DNA of 64,000 nucleotides, taken from Sphyrna mokarran (lineage: Eukaryota). Position numbers and translations under genes: made by a program. Shown piece after piece: positions 12,735-25,799 of this stretch. Each line of letters begins with the position of its first letter. Position 1 is the first letter of the stretch. The stretch spans positions 49,166,001 through 49,230,000 of the forward strand of contig JAGIQG010000007.1 of assembly GCA_024679065.1 (NCBI GenBank). The letters run 5' to 3'. Below the pieces are notes generated by a model. It made no database searches, was not told the origin of the DNA, and saw nothing but the letters and a program-made list of their open reading frames with translations.

Positions 12735-13040
12735 TCATAGAATCCCTATAGTAAAGAAGGAAGCCATTCAGTCCATCGAGTTTGCACCGACCAGGCCTTA
12801 TTCCCGTAGCCCCACATATTTACCCTGCTATTCTCTCTGACACTAAGGCTTAATTTAGCATGGCCAATGAACCTAACCCACACATCTTTGGACTGTGGGA
12901 AGAAACTGGAGCACCCGGAGGAAACCCACACAAACATGGGGAGAATGTGCAAACTCCACACAGACAGTCACCTGAGGCTGGAATTGATCCCAGGTCCCTG
13001 GCGCTGTGAGGCAGCAGTGATAACCACTATGTCATTGCGC
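12735..13040 (-). mobile_element. HE1-type SINE
   Basis: CATAGAATCCCTA tail ... GGAGCACCCGGAGGAAACCCAC ... GCTGTGAGGCAGCAGTG head. Confidence 0.9.
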
Positions 13041-13099
13041 TGCTCAAATACTGCCCATTGATGATAATATTATTGGCAGGGCCTCTCCTAGACTGATGA

Positions 13100-13474
13100 A
13101 ATTCAACATGAAACTTGAAATCTTTTTCAATAGTTGATATGAATATTTTAAAGCGATTGAGCCAGTACCACAGCCTCAATCATCTGCCCCAAATTATGCC
13201 TTACAAATTAGTTTCAGAAAACACTAGAAACATTGGGTCTGATTTTATAACTTTGCTACCATGAGTGAATGACTGAAGCCTCACAAAATTGATATTTAAT
13301 AATGCAATGTTTCCTGTACACATAGCTTGCTGCAAATTGGATGAACCAAATGCCTGTCAGCAGGAGATGCTTAAAATGCAGATGAAATCTGATGATGACC
13401 TAGAACTTATTGATTTGTTTTTCATCCATAACAGCCCTAGAAACTTAGCACGAATGGTGCCTGCCCCCCAGTGA
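13100..13474 (+). pseudogene. Possible viral nucleoprotein-like remnant (5' part of the candidate EVE)
   Basis: About 120 codons in one frame with two internal stops; QIMPYKLVSENTRNIGSDFITL loosely resembles the PY-x-(K)L...F-x-x-L region of mononegaviral N; position upstream of the G- and L-like pieces fits. Confidence 0.25.
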
Positions 13475-14034
13475 AAATAGCACACAACTTATGTACAGTG
13501 CACTCATTAAAACACATTCTTCATGTCTAGACATTTGCTACACTAGCAGTAACACACAAAACAAACCCAGTGCTATAATTGTTTGTGATTTAAAAGCCCA
13601 GTTGGAGTATGTTGGCAGGTTTATTTTCTGACACTAGAATGAGAATGTATTTCCCTGTGTGACATTCCTGGCAGCATATGATTAAAACTTAATAATTACA
13701 TACATTCTGCATCCATTCAGAAAAACAAACATGTAAATAAGTAGAGACAGCAAAAAAAATTGAGGAATATGTTATGTACACATCACTCAAAGCAATGCTT
13801 TTTTCTGATCCTGTGGTTTCAAGCCAAAGCATGCAATATGAATGCATAAAATCATTTTCCACAGTCTTAACTGTGTAGATGCATAAAAAAAATCCATTTT
13901 TCAGACAATGGAATCATTGAACAATGAAGATACACTAATGCAGTTTTTTTTCTTATTTCTGTTCAACATCCTCTAAGATATTTAACAATGTGCCAGCATT
14001 TGACAAACACTTTGTACTTGACCATAGCTGTTCG

Positions 14035-14540
14035 CCTTTATTCATAAGGTGTGGACATTGTAAGAAAGTGCAGCATATATTGGTCATCCGCAGTTGTCTT
14101 TAAAAAGGTGGTGGTGAATCGTCCTCTTGAAACATTGCAGCCCCTGTGGTGAAGGTACTCCCACAGTGTTGATAAATGGTCAATGATACAGTTTCATCTG
14201 GCTTCAAGGAACTTGCTGGTGATGTGTTCTCATCTATTTGCTGCCCTCATTCTTCTGCATGCCAGAGGTCGCAGGTTTGGGACATGATATCAAAGAAACC
14301 TTGACATTTTGTAGTAGTTTATTCTGTAAATGGTGCACACTGCAGCCATAGAGGACAAGTGATGGATGGAGTTCCAATCTGTTAGGCTGCTAAGTCTTGG
14401 ACGGTATCAAGCTTCGAGTGTTTTTGGAGCTGTACTCAATTAAACACGTGGAGAGCATTCTACTGCACTTGTGACTTGTGGCCTTGTAAGTGGTGGAAAA
14501 CTTTGGGTCGTTAGGAGGTGAAATACGTAACATAAAATAC
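14035..14540 (-). mobile_element. Decayed L2/CR1-group LINE 3' fragment
   Basis: AAGGTGGTGGTGAATCGTCCTCTTGAAACATTGCAGCCCCTGTGGTGAAGGTACTCCCA resembles the 3' region of a common shark LINE; its end appears related to the tail of SINE family 2. Confidence 0.55.
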
Positions 14541-17139
14541 CCAAGGCCTAAATTCTCCTTGAGTCAGGCCATTCTGTAGTTTCTGAGAGGTGGAAGTGAG
14601 CTGATTAAAAGTTCTGCTTTTGTTCTTGAGAAGGCAGCTGAGCTACCAACATTGTTCTTATTCTCTATAAAACTCACCCTTCAGTGGCCATCCATCTCCA
14701 TTCCCCTCCACATTCCCCATGTCCTCTACATGCCCTCTAATATTCCCCATGCCATCGATGCTTCCTCATATATGGATTCCCCCTCCATATCCAGCTTCCC
14801 AACACATTCCTCATGCATCCTCTGTAGCCGATCACCTACTATCTTCAGTCCTCAGGACCCATGCAATAGCAGTGGATGCAGTGGAGAAATTAATACAGTA
14901 ACAAACTAATAAAATTCTCACTCAAACCACAGTCCTTTATAATACAAAAGACAGTCATTCCATGGAAAATATGTTCATCTTGAGTGGCCATTTTGTGTAA
15001 AAATAAACAAACATGTATTCAGAAAGGCAGATTATGTTATTATAACCTCTTAAAAGTTTCAATCACTCCACTGACTCCTGATTTTGGACTTTGGTCAAGC
15101 ATTCATAATGGCCACAGCTAATGAAACATTAGCTTTCAACTGTAGACCCAAAAACAGAAAGCCAGATGGTGTTCCATTCCCATTTCAAAGTAGATAGCCT
15201 ACCGATCAGGGGGAATGGAGCAAACTCTTTTTATACTCTCAGCGGCACAGCACCTTTCTTTTCAAAGTTAAGATCCTTCCACATGGTCCAAAACATGAAA
15301 GAAATGTTTCCCAGAATATGCTTCTACCATTTTGAAAGCATAAAGGCATTTTCCCCAAGAGAAAGATACTTTAATGCTTCTCAACAGATTGCTAGTCAAC
15401 ATGATCATAGAATCCCTACAGTATAGAAGGAGGGCAGTTGGCCCATTGAGCTGTACTGACTATCTGACAGGGTGCTTTACCCTGGCTCTCTCCCCTGCCC
15501 TATCCCCAAAATCCTGCACATTCATCATGGCTAATCCATCTAACCTTGGAGTAATTTAACTTGGCCAATCCATCTAACCTGCGCGTCTTTGGTTAGCTTA
15601 CCTTTACAGGTCAGTGCCCGATGATGAGTCACTGCATTAAAATATCTCTACATTAAAATATAGCTTCTAATAGAGACATTTGAAGATGTAAAAACATTTC
15701 ACACTTTCTTGTCAGAACATTCCCAATTCTTCAGCAGTCATGAAATGTTTATGGAGGTGCATTTTTGGAGATTCCAATACCTGTACTGGCTCATGAAAAT
15801 AGCGTGAGGAAAAAAATTAAAATTTTCCTATGGTCTTTACAAGGAAGGAGATACAGATTATAATAGGAAATTTTGCTATAGCTAGCTACCTCTGCCCCAT
15901 CACCTCTCTTTGCCAGAAATGCAGCAAAACCACTGGTTACATGTATAACCAGGGTTTTATTACACATATAGCAATGCACTGGAGAAACTTAGAATAAGTT
16001 GCTACTTGTATTTACTATTGGTTCTTCATATATTGTAACAATGCTGCTGACCAAAGATATACAAAAATGAAGAGTGTTAACAGAACCATATACCCAAATA
16101 TCATTTATCAGTAGCATTCATAACAAATTATTTGCAGCCAAACTCCCTTCACTTATAGGCTGTCTGTTGATCTGTATATCCTGGAAGTTTCCTGATGCAG
16201 GATTTCAACTTCACTACAATTTTTCCAGTGAGAAAAAAAAATCAGCAGAATGCTATTTCAGGGGCAGAGTTCTTAAAGTGCGTGGAATAGAAGTGAAAAG
16301 TCCATTCAGTAACTTCTTAGTATCTGAAACTTAAAACATCTGAAGAGTAGAGTTCTGGGATCAATCTCTGTCTCATGTCTCACAAGATAGCTGGTTGGAA
16401 AATATTGAGATTGGCCTTGAAGAAAGCAGCTGATTTTCTTTCCTTTGTGTGATTTCCAGTGTTTATGATGTTCTGCAATATAATTTCCACACCATTATGA
16501 TATCATTGAAATCTCATTCATCATAGGTTCTGATGGAAAGACTCTGCAAAATTCATAGGTTTTATGTTTTCTACGATGGTCTGTTGTTACTGACCAGTGT
16601 TTATCAGTGACCCTATATCCTCTACAAAGTGGATTTACATTATATTAAATAATGCTGATTATTTGGAGGCCAAAAAGAGATTTGCTGGTTGAGTTTGCCC
16701 AAATTTCAGGTATAAACGAGGTGAGTTTAATTAGAAAGTCAGGCAGAGATCCATTATGCATTATATGTGGGTCTCAGGGTGGGAAAATGTGCACACAACA
16801 TGCTCACTAAAATTGGTGTCAGCTTTATTTAGATATTAATTTGAGGCATGGGAAATGTGAGAATCATTTCTCAATGTTCCTCTGTATAGGACATACATAC
16901 ATAACTCCTATTCATACTAATGTGAATTGTGAATTCTTGTAAGGCCGTGTTAAATAAGGGCCTGTACTGCACTGCACTGTAATGTTCAATGATCCATGTT
17001 CTATATATAAAAATTCTTTGAAAGGTCCCAGTAATGTTAAGGGAACTGTACTGCAGCCAATCCTGACTGCTTTTCTTCCTTTTGTTCTGCTGATAGCTTT
17101 TCCACGTGACTTATGCCAGTTTCTTGTCATTTCTTTTTC

Positions 17140-17690
17140 TCAAAGTATTCTTTATTCATAGAATTTGTGCAATTACTTTACAGTTCAAAGTCGACATGTA
17201 AAATGCATTATAGTTCAACTTCTTTCCACACAGTATGTGGCACTTTGAGGTACCTGATGATACTTAAAATTATAGAATGTATTTACAATTTGCATTTCAT
17301 GCCGAATGTAAAAGTCTGAAGGGCTTTACATAGTTTTGGCCTCACTGGTCTCTGGCAGGAGGACCTTAAAGTGTGGCCTTTCCCAGTCTTTGTGGAAGCT
17401 GCCACAAACTTAAGAATATCCCTCAGCATATAGTCCTGAACCTTGAAATAGATCAGTCTGTAACACTTGGTTATGGATAGTTTCTTGCACTGGAAGACCA
17501 GTAAGTTTCGGGCAGAGCAAAGATGAATGTATTTAATGTGTTGATCATGCTCCAGCAGCATTTTGTCTTTATTTAGCCAATTATCCTGGGAATAGTAGAT
17601 AGAGAGCATTACGGAACTGCTGGGAACAAACCTTAGCAAAAACCAGTGCTTTTATTTCTAGACCTTCTTTGCAGAGGCACATTCCAGAGG
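17140..17690 (-). mobile_element. Tx1/L1-clade LINE 3' fragment
   Basis: SARNLLVFQCKKLSITKCYRLIYFKVQDYMLRDILKF is the typical Tx1 ORF2 C-terminus. Confidence 0.8.
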
Positions 17691-17694
17691 GAAT

Positions 17695-18425
17695 CGTAGA
17701 ATCATACAATGCTGAAGAAGCCCTTCATTCTATCGAGTCTGCATCGACATGAGAAAAACCTAATCCCATATGCCAGCACTTATCCATAGCCCTAAATATT
17801 ATGACGTGCCACATGCTCATCCAGATACTTTTTCAAGAATGTGAGACAACTTGCCTCTATCACCCTCCTATGCAGTGCATTGTAGACGGTCACCATCCTT
17901 TGGGTAAAAAAGGTTTTTCTTCACAGCCCCCCTGAAGCTTCTGCCCCTCACCTTGAACCTATGTCCACTTGTGACTGACCTTCAGCTAAGTGGAACAGCT
18001 GCTCTCTATCCACTCCAACCATTCCCTTCATAATCTTGTATATCCCTGTCAGATCGTCCCTCAATCTTCTTGGCTCCAACGAAAACAAGTCTTCTTAAAT
18101 TAAATATTCCATCCCAGATAGCATGCTGGTGAATCTCCCCTACACCCTCTCCAGTGCAATCACGCCTTTCCTATAATGTGGTGACAAAAACTGCATACAG
18201 TACCTCAAAGTTCTATGCAACTCCAATATGACTTTCCTTCTTTTGTAATCTATGCCTCAATTGATAAAGGCAAATGTCCCATATGCCTTTTTCACACCCT
18301 ACTAACATATTCTTCCATATTCAGAGATCTGTGGACAAACACACCAAGGTCCCTTTGTTCCATAGGACTTCCTCGTGTCATGCCATTCATTGAATACTTC
18401 TTTGTCAAATTACTCCTTCCAAAGT
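17695..18425 (-). mobile_element. CR1 LINE 3' fragment
   Basis: Minus strand KYSMNGMTRGSPMEQRDLGVFVHRSL; tail AATCGTAGAATCATAC at about 17692-17708. Confidence 0.85.
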
Positions 18426-19173
18426 GGCAAAGGGGGTAGGCAACATCTCCTGTTCCTTGCAGTTCTGTTTGCTCCAGAACCATTACTGACAGCAATGGCA
18501 ATTCTCCCTTTGAGGAATTTGAAAGATGAACTGAAGCACAGTAGTCTACTTGGGTACAATCAACACTATGGCACCAAGAGTACTCAAACTTCCAATCTTT
18601 ATTACTCATGCATAAGGAGAACACACCTACAGTGGGATACACTGCTAGGTGTTCATTGATTCATACAGATGATTTGCAGTTGTAGTTCATTAAGCAAGTG
18701 AGAACGAGTAACATTTGATCCTCAATATATATACATAGTCCACCAATTACAGTATAGTTTTTTGTCCTTTCTTATCCAATAGAAAACTGTCTAATCCATT
18801 ATTAGCATAATATATCACCATATTCTTGTATTTGGTGTGAGTTCTTGTACTTATTTTTGGCTCATCCCCTGGCCGTGACAATTGCTGGGAACTGAGTGTT
18901 TAAGAAAGTGACATAAGGTTAGATTAGTCACATCACTGAATAAGCAACCACTAACCTCACCCCCAGGCCTAGTCTGTACATAAACAATTTCCATTCTTGC
19001 TGACAGTTGTCTGCCATAGTTATTTTAATTTAATTTCCACCGCACCAATGGTCGCCAAAGAGGTTCCCTCAGATTCTAGGAATATCTGCATAAAACTGAA
19101 TACAAGAAGATATACCTTGCTACATTAGGAAATTGGTGCATTCCCAAATGCACCATTCCCCAAGGAAGCTGGG

Positions 19174-22100
19174 ATGGCAGACCAGATGCTTCAATTAAAA
19201 TATTTGAATGCCTGTCTAATCATAAAGTTGGATGTTTTGCCAGATGTCTTCTTATTACAGCATATCCTGCATTCAATGGCACAACATGAAAGAATGCATG
19301 GCAAAGTGATTAAAGGCCAGATTAACCTGATTCGCCCAACCCATCAGCATCCAACTAACAATACAATTCAATAGAAAAATTGTAGCTGCTGGAAATCTTA
19401 AATAGGAATAGGAAATTCTCTAAATACATCTAGGGAATAAAATTGATCTATGATAACTGTGCAAAACAGGCTCAGAGTCAGTTGGCAGCCAATTTCTCAG
19501 CCTATTTTTCATTGATGTTTCCATTGACCTGGGTAATATTGCCAAATTTCAAGCCAAGTAAAAGCAACAGTGGAACTCAGAAATGAGTCTTCAAAAAGAG
19601 TTTGAATCAAAGTTCTGTGACTTTCAGTGGAAAAGAGATTGGACAAGATGAAAGAATGGCTGCCAATTGGTTAAAAACCCACTTTTAACTGCTCATGTGG
19701 GCCAATTTTAGTCCCAGAATAAGTAAGGACAGAAAGGTTATGATATTTTGTGTGTGTACCCTTCATCAAAACTGGAAACTAAGAGACAATAAAGGCATTT
19801 TAAGAAGTTCAGAAAAGTGGAGAAAGAAAGAGAAGTTGGAGAGAGAAATAACAGATGCACCAATCACAGGCAGTGAATTAATGTTTCATGAAAGCTGCAA
19901 ACCTTGTGATAGAAAACAGTTAGGTGATATAAAAGATCATAAAAGAGATAATGAATACTATTTATGAGGACAGAAGCAGGGGCAAATTAATACAGTTCCC
20001 TGGACCTTCCAGCTCCAAACATTGCAGCAAAACAAAATCTAGATGAAATTCACTCCAGTACAGAAAAACTGCATGCAACAACTGGATACATTTATTTTAA
20101 GTACCGTATATTGTGATACTATTTGATTTGTTACTTCCACAGTGGATTAATCAGTGTATTAATATTCCACAGTTTTGTTTCTTCAGGCATTTTACTGCAT
20201 GTTTGTGGCTTAATAAGAAAAAGGAAATTAGAAAGTGCATTTAGAAAGTGCCTTTTATGATCAGGACATCTCAAAGCATTTTAAAGTCAACAAAGTATGA
20301 TAGATTAAGGTGTAAAAGTTTCCAGAAGTGCTCTGAATACTCTTGGCCCTTAGAGCCCAAACATTATTGATCAGGTTCTGGATAAAACAAATATGGCTTG
20401 AAAGAGCTAAGAGGTCCATGTAAAAAAAAGATGCAGTAAGGAAACAGTAAAGAAAGGAAAACAGATGAAATTAAATGGAGGCAAACCACATGGACAAAGA
20501 AATTTGTCTCAGCCAGTGGCGCAAATCATGTGGTATTGGATTGGCTGGCCATTTTAAAGTTGACTGCATTGAAATTGAATGCTAGGCATGCCATATGCCA
20601 AGCACCAATTCAATACCATCTGATTTGCACCATAAACTTTTACCCTGATGGTTCTACCAATCGCTAAAAAGGAGAACATAAACTCTAGCCAGCAAAGTGT
20701 TCTGCAAAATAATTCAGCCTCAAGACCAATATCCTACCCGTGGAGAGAATAAGGGTTTGAAGCTCCTAAAGTGAATGTTCAGAACAGAAGGTAGCAGAAT
20801 GCCGAGTAGAATGATAAAATTCTAGGATTAAAACGAGTCAGCATTGGGTTTTGGATATAGAAGCAGCTATGTGGTGTCAATGCCTGTCCGATTTTGGAGA
20901 CTCAAACTAATCCAAAATTAGGTCTGAACTTCATCTAAGTAACATGGGTACACCATCACACTTGATGTGTCTGAGGTGTGAATTGTTTCATTGGTAGCCA
21001 AGTGCTCAATACACTGTGTTACATTGTGATCAAATAGTATCACAGTATATAGTACTTAAATTAAACGTATCCAGTTGTTGCATGCAGCATTTAAGTGAAT
21101 TTCACCTGAGGTTTCATTTTGCTGCTATCTTTGGAGCTGGAAGGCCCAGGGAACTGCATTAATTTGCCCCTGCTTCTGTTCTTATAAATAGTCTTCATTG
21201 TCTCATTTATGATCTTTTATATCACCTAACTGTTTCTATTACAAAGTTTGAAGGTCTCATGAAATATTAGTCCAGTGCCTGTGATTGGTGCGTGTTATTT
21301 CTCTTACAAACTTCTCTTTTTTTCCCACTTTTCCAAACTTTTTAAAATGCCTGATTAGTTCTTCATCTCCAGTTTTGATGAAGAGTACACACACAAAATA
21401 TCATCCAAAGGGGACATCCATCGGAGGTGAAGCTGAATGGAGCAAGTTTGCAGCTAGTTTGCAGCTTTGGAGACCAATTTTGTTCTTAAAAGAAGCTCCT
21501 TATTTGCACACAAAAGAGATCTATTTATGTGGCTGCTAGAGAGTTCTGAAAAATCTTTATTTACATCATCCTCATTTCCAGATTACTCCACGATGTTCTC
21601 CTATTGATCTTCTATAAACATCTTTCATAAACTTATGCCCACCCTTCTCTTTACAGCACAATCTGTGCCAAGACTCATGCATGAAACATCTGCTAATCAT
21701 GAGCTCTCAACCCCACAGTGCATCAGCTTAAAATCTCATCCTTCTGTTCAAATTTCTTTTATGGCTTCATGATTTCCTAACTTCTGCAAGCTGCTCCAAG
21801 CCTATAACCCTCTAAAAATGCAAAATTCCTTCAACTGTTCTGCAACCCCCATTCCATTTACCCTGACATTGGCAACTGTACCTTAAACTATTCAGGTCTT
21901 GGATGCTGAAATAGTTTGTAGGCTAGATTGATAGTCGAGAAATTAAGCCGAAGACAATCTTTCCCAAGAACGCTCAATCCTGTTCCATTTCATACTCAAC
22001 AATTTGTCATTGAGATGAATTAAACCTTTTTCCAAATTACAGCAATTATTTCTCATTTGCTCCTATTTTCTAAGTATTCTGCAAGGTACTCTGTCACTAT

Positions 22101-22600
22101 TATTAGATGTTCTTGTAAGTAAATGAACCTGTATGACATACTGATCTGTCACGATCTTGATACAATTTACACTGTCCTGTTCAGTTCTAATGAAGATGAT
22201 ATCCTGCAGGAAGAAATTCATGTGACAAAGGAAATAGAAAAACAGATAACCTACTAGGTCAGCACTGAATGCTTCAGCCTGTGTTCCTCTCAATTATTAA
22301 ATGCAAGATTTTGGGATATTTTCGGCTATGTTTAGACTATGCTATTGATTACATAACACACAGTTGATTTCCTTGACATTTACATAATTGTTTGTCTTCA
22401 TGCGGTTGGATTCTCCTGCATTTTTATCTTTTTTAGGGTAGGTATGTTAACTTCTTTCAGGCTACAAGCACCACCATTGAGTAGCCAGAAGCTGGGAGCT
22501 GGACATGAATAAAGACATTTATATTTTTACTATCAGGACAACTAACTGGCATGAACAGTCTTACAAAATCTGGGAATACACCTTGGTGCAAAAAATCTAA
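19174..22600 (+). pseudogene. Putative N-terminal part of a mononegaviral-like L protein (islands separated by repeats)
   Basis: MADQMLQLKYLNACLIIKL (cf. the N-terminal [HN]L[ND]SP[IL] motif); a long decayed frame at about 22120-22350 ending FWDIFGYV*; SGYKHHH*V at 22457-22483 (cf. GY-x-x-H-x-x-WP, TGA possibly from TGG). Confidence 0.4.
19740..21404. repeat. Inverted repeat of about 390 bp (arms 19740-20127 and 21029-21404) with PLE-pLTR-like outer ends
   Basis: Arms align throughout, e.g. GAAGCAGGGGCAAATTAATACAGTTCCCTGGACCTTCCAGCTCCAAA vs TTTGGAGCTGGAAGGCCCAGGGAACTGCATTAATTTGCCCCTGCTTC; outer ends carry TTTTGATGAAGRGTACACACACAAAATATC. Confidence 0.85.
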
Positions 22601-23099
22601 GTCAAATCATAACATTAGCAATTTAAATTTATATAGCATCCTTAACATAATAAATGATTCCTGAAAAGGCATTAAGACAGGTGACCAAATTGTTGGTTAA
22701 AGAGTTTTAAGGAGCTTCTCAGAAAGGGAGACCAAGGTAGGAGACCAATGAGGTTAAGGGATAGAATTCTCAAGCTTGGGGCTGTGGCAGCTGAAGGCAC
22801 AGCTCCAAATAAGAGGCCAGAATTCGGATGGCACAGAGATCTCAGAGATTTGCAGAGTAAGTTTTTTTTAAAATCTATATGTGAGATGTGTTTGGTAACT
22901 TTAATTTTAGTTTTATTTCTTACCTTTGGAAGGATGCTCACTGCTGATATGCAAAGTCACATTTCTAAGGCAAAAAATATATACATTTCATCGTGAACAG
23001 CTGTTTTATCCTGAAATCAACTTACCTAAGTAACAAATGTCAAGAAAACAAAGATAGTTTTAATTGGCCTATGTTTGTTTTGTTAAATCTTATAAATAA

Positions 23100-24060
23100 G
23101 AAATAGAATAAGGTATAGATTTAAGGTGTTTTAAATTAGTATCCATTTTTTTGTCTAACATAGATTTATGGAAACAAAGATGTTGGCTTGTATTCGACTT
23201 CAGATCAAACTGTGTTTCAATTGTGCTGAGAGAATTTACAGTGTGAAAAGTAAACAAAAGGAGAAGGAGTGAATGGTTTCTTAGCAATTGAGGGCATCTT
23301 TAGGATAGAAATGTTTTTAGAATTTAGCTTCAGTTGAATTCAAAGCAGTTGGCAACAGGCAGCTGGAGAGAGATATCTGTCTCAGCTTTACTAAAAAAGT
23401 TATATAATAGAGTAATTATAAAGAAAACCAATGCCAGAAATCTAAAGGACAGTTAGTTAAGAAAATTAGTGAAATGAAGAGGAGTTTCCAGGAAATCTGA
23501 ATTAAAGGAGAAAAGGAAAAGGGGATTAGAATAGGATACTGTTCAGTAAGGACAGATGGCTGAAATGGCATTGGCTAGTCAGAAAGAAATCTTGAAATGT
23601 TTTTGAAGTATATGATATCTTACTACAGTTTGTGACTTGGCAATTGATATCATTGTGAACCGATCAATGGCTTGATTTCAGAGCTAGTGTAAAGCATTCG
23701 ATGCAAAGCAATCCTGAAAGGAGAGTAGGAAAACCTGGAACTGGATTCTTTGCTAACAGAGGAAGCTTTGTGTGAATGGATATTTGGAAAATCTAGAGCC
23801 ACATTCTTTTTTAAAAACAGCTGATGGGAAGTATTGTTTGAAAGAAGATTTTAAAGCATGTCCTTTTGAGAGTGGAAATACTCATGTGAGAATTATCTGA
23901 GGGAAATCTGAGGAGAAATCCATGGATGATTGATTGAGTGGCTTTGGCCATTTTGTTGTATAGTGTGGTGTGATCACTATCAGCCTGTGAGTTTAAAGAG
24001 ACTGTGTATTTACTGAAAACTTTATAGCATAAGATATATTTTGCAACCTCATAGTTTTGC
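23100..24060 (+). mobile_element. LTR-like repeat, related to 33061-34169
   Basis: Shared blocks AGAAGATTTTAAAGCATG...GAGTGGA...CTGAGGAGAAA and GACTGTGT at about 23845-24010 and 33750-33910. Confidence 0.45.
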
Positions 24061-24559
24061 CATTATGCGTCAGTTTTGTCATGCATTATTTTTTCCCTTG
24101 GACTGGAAGTGACGTTGGAAAATTTATTGCACAATTTACTTGCAGCTTCCATCTACCTTTAAATTTGTCCTTTCCTCTGCAGTCAGTAATTTCAATTGCA
24201 GTCAGTAATTTCATTTGCTGTCAGTGTATGCTTTTGTCGTTTTCTTGGTACCTAGTAATTTCAATTGCAAGCAGTTTCTTCTTTTGTCCTCACCTTAAAA
24301 TTTTTTCCTTTGCAGATTTGTGCCCTTCTGAGCTGTCTCACTTGCAACCTTTTTTTGATTTACTTCATCTTTTTTGCAGATTTCAAACCTTGCTATGTTT
24401 CTGGGTTTTCAGTGTCATCTCTGTTCCTTTATGAGGGTTCAAAAATCTATTTTTATCTACTTCTGTACACCATGTCTCATGTATAGGACAGCATTTTTCC
24501 GTAGTGTCAGTTTCTGCGAGAGCCTTTGGCTACTCTTAAGAAATCTGACCCAGAGGTAG

Positions 24560-25275
24560 CCTCACATGACTACATGGGATGTGGGCATCAGTGGTTCAAG
24601 ACAGCATTTGTTGCTTGTCTCTGAGGACATTTAACAGTCAACAACATTGCTGTGATCTGGACTCATACGTAGACCAGAGCAGATAAGGATATTACGTTTC
24701 CTTCCCTAAAGGACCAGATAATCAAAAATGGTTTCAGGGTCATTGTTAGACTTTTAATTCCAGATTTTTATTGAATTCAAATTTCACAATATGCCATTGT
24801 GAGATTTGAAATTGAATCCCCAGAACATTATCCTTTGTCTCTGGTCCTGCCTCCCTGACTTTCATCAGCAATTTTCAGTTACTAAATCCAAATCAGCTAC
24901 GGTTCTCAATCTCGAGTTTATGGAATCCCGTTAGTCGTATTGGCCCTTGAAACATATTTGTCTATGATGCGAAAAGTTAGATCATAGAATTCTACAGTGC
25001 AGAAGGAGGCCAGTTGGCCCATCAAGTTTGCACTGACTCTGACAGAGCATCCCATCCAAGCCCTATCTCTGTAACCCCACATATTTATACTGCTAATATC
25101 CCTGACACCTAACTTGCACATCTTTTAAGAATGGGAGGAAACTAGGCACCTGGAGGAAACCCATGCAGACACAGGGAGAATGTGCTAGCTCCACAGAGTC
25201 ACCCAATGCCAGAATTGAGCCTGGGTCCCTGGCACTGTGAAGCAGCAGTGCTAACCTCTGTGCTATCGTGCCACT
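24560..25275 (-). mobile_element. SINE family 2 (about 24560-24845) followed by an HE1-type SINE (about 24980-25275)
   Basis: GGGATGTGGGCATC...TTTCCTTCCCTAAAGGAC; CATAGAATTCTACAGTGCAGAAGGAGGCC...GCAGCAGTGCTAACC. Confidence 0.8.
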
Positions 25276-25799
25276 CTGGGGGATAAGATGGAAAAGTTGA
25301 GATGAAGTTTATCACATCAGATTCATCATGATCTAATTGAATGGTGCCACAGACACGGTGGTGATCTTGGACACACAAATGTTCTGGGGATAAATAATGA
25401 TGCTATGTTAATATGTAATTTTATATAATAATATATATTGTATTAGCAAACATGTAATTCCACAGTAAATAGTTTTAGATCTTAATAGATTTCTTTTAAA
25501 AAGCAGAAAAATTAAATCTTTTTCAACATTCATTAGTTGTTCTTTATATGCAGCAGCAATTGAAACTATTTGTAAAGTTAATTCTTGTACTTAAGGTGTG
25601 TGAATATGGTTGTAAAATGTTACATTTATTCTTTACTATTTTATCAGAAGTATTAAATAGCTTAAAATGTACATACTGATGGTTTTGTTAGGTTAGAAAA
25701 CAAAGAAACTCAGTAGATAAATGTTAAATACTTGTTATACTGTACATAAGACAACGTAACAACAACTTGAATTTATATAATTCATTTAGTGTCAGACTG

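Larger units (their letters stand above)
15780..18900 (+). pseudogene. Putative class III viral glycoprotein remnant (islands about 15780-16640, 16900-17130, 18425-18900)
   Basis: Cys-rich decayed frames: YLCPITSLCQKC, VATCIYYWFF (16001-16027, fusion-loop-like), CISWKF, ECYFRGRVL...VKSPF, PVPCSSVC; ends LSNPLL (18787) followed by hydrophobic YITIFLYLV*VLVLIF (transmembrane-like). Interrupted by Tx1 and CR1 insertions. Confidence 0.4.

Noticed and set aside
24178-24270. 19-bp tandem GCAGTCAGTAATTTCAATT as a possible CRISPR-like or regulatory array
   Set aside because: Only 2-3 adjacent degenerate copies with no spacers; a local duplication in eukaryotic DNA.
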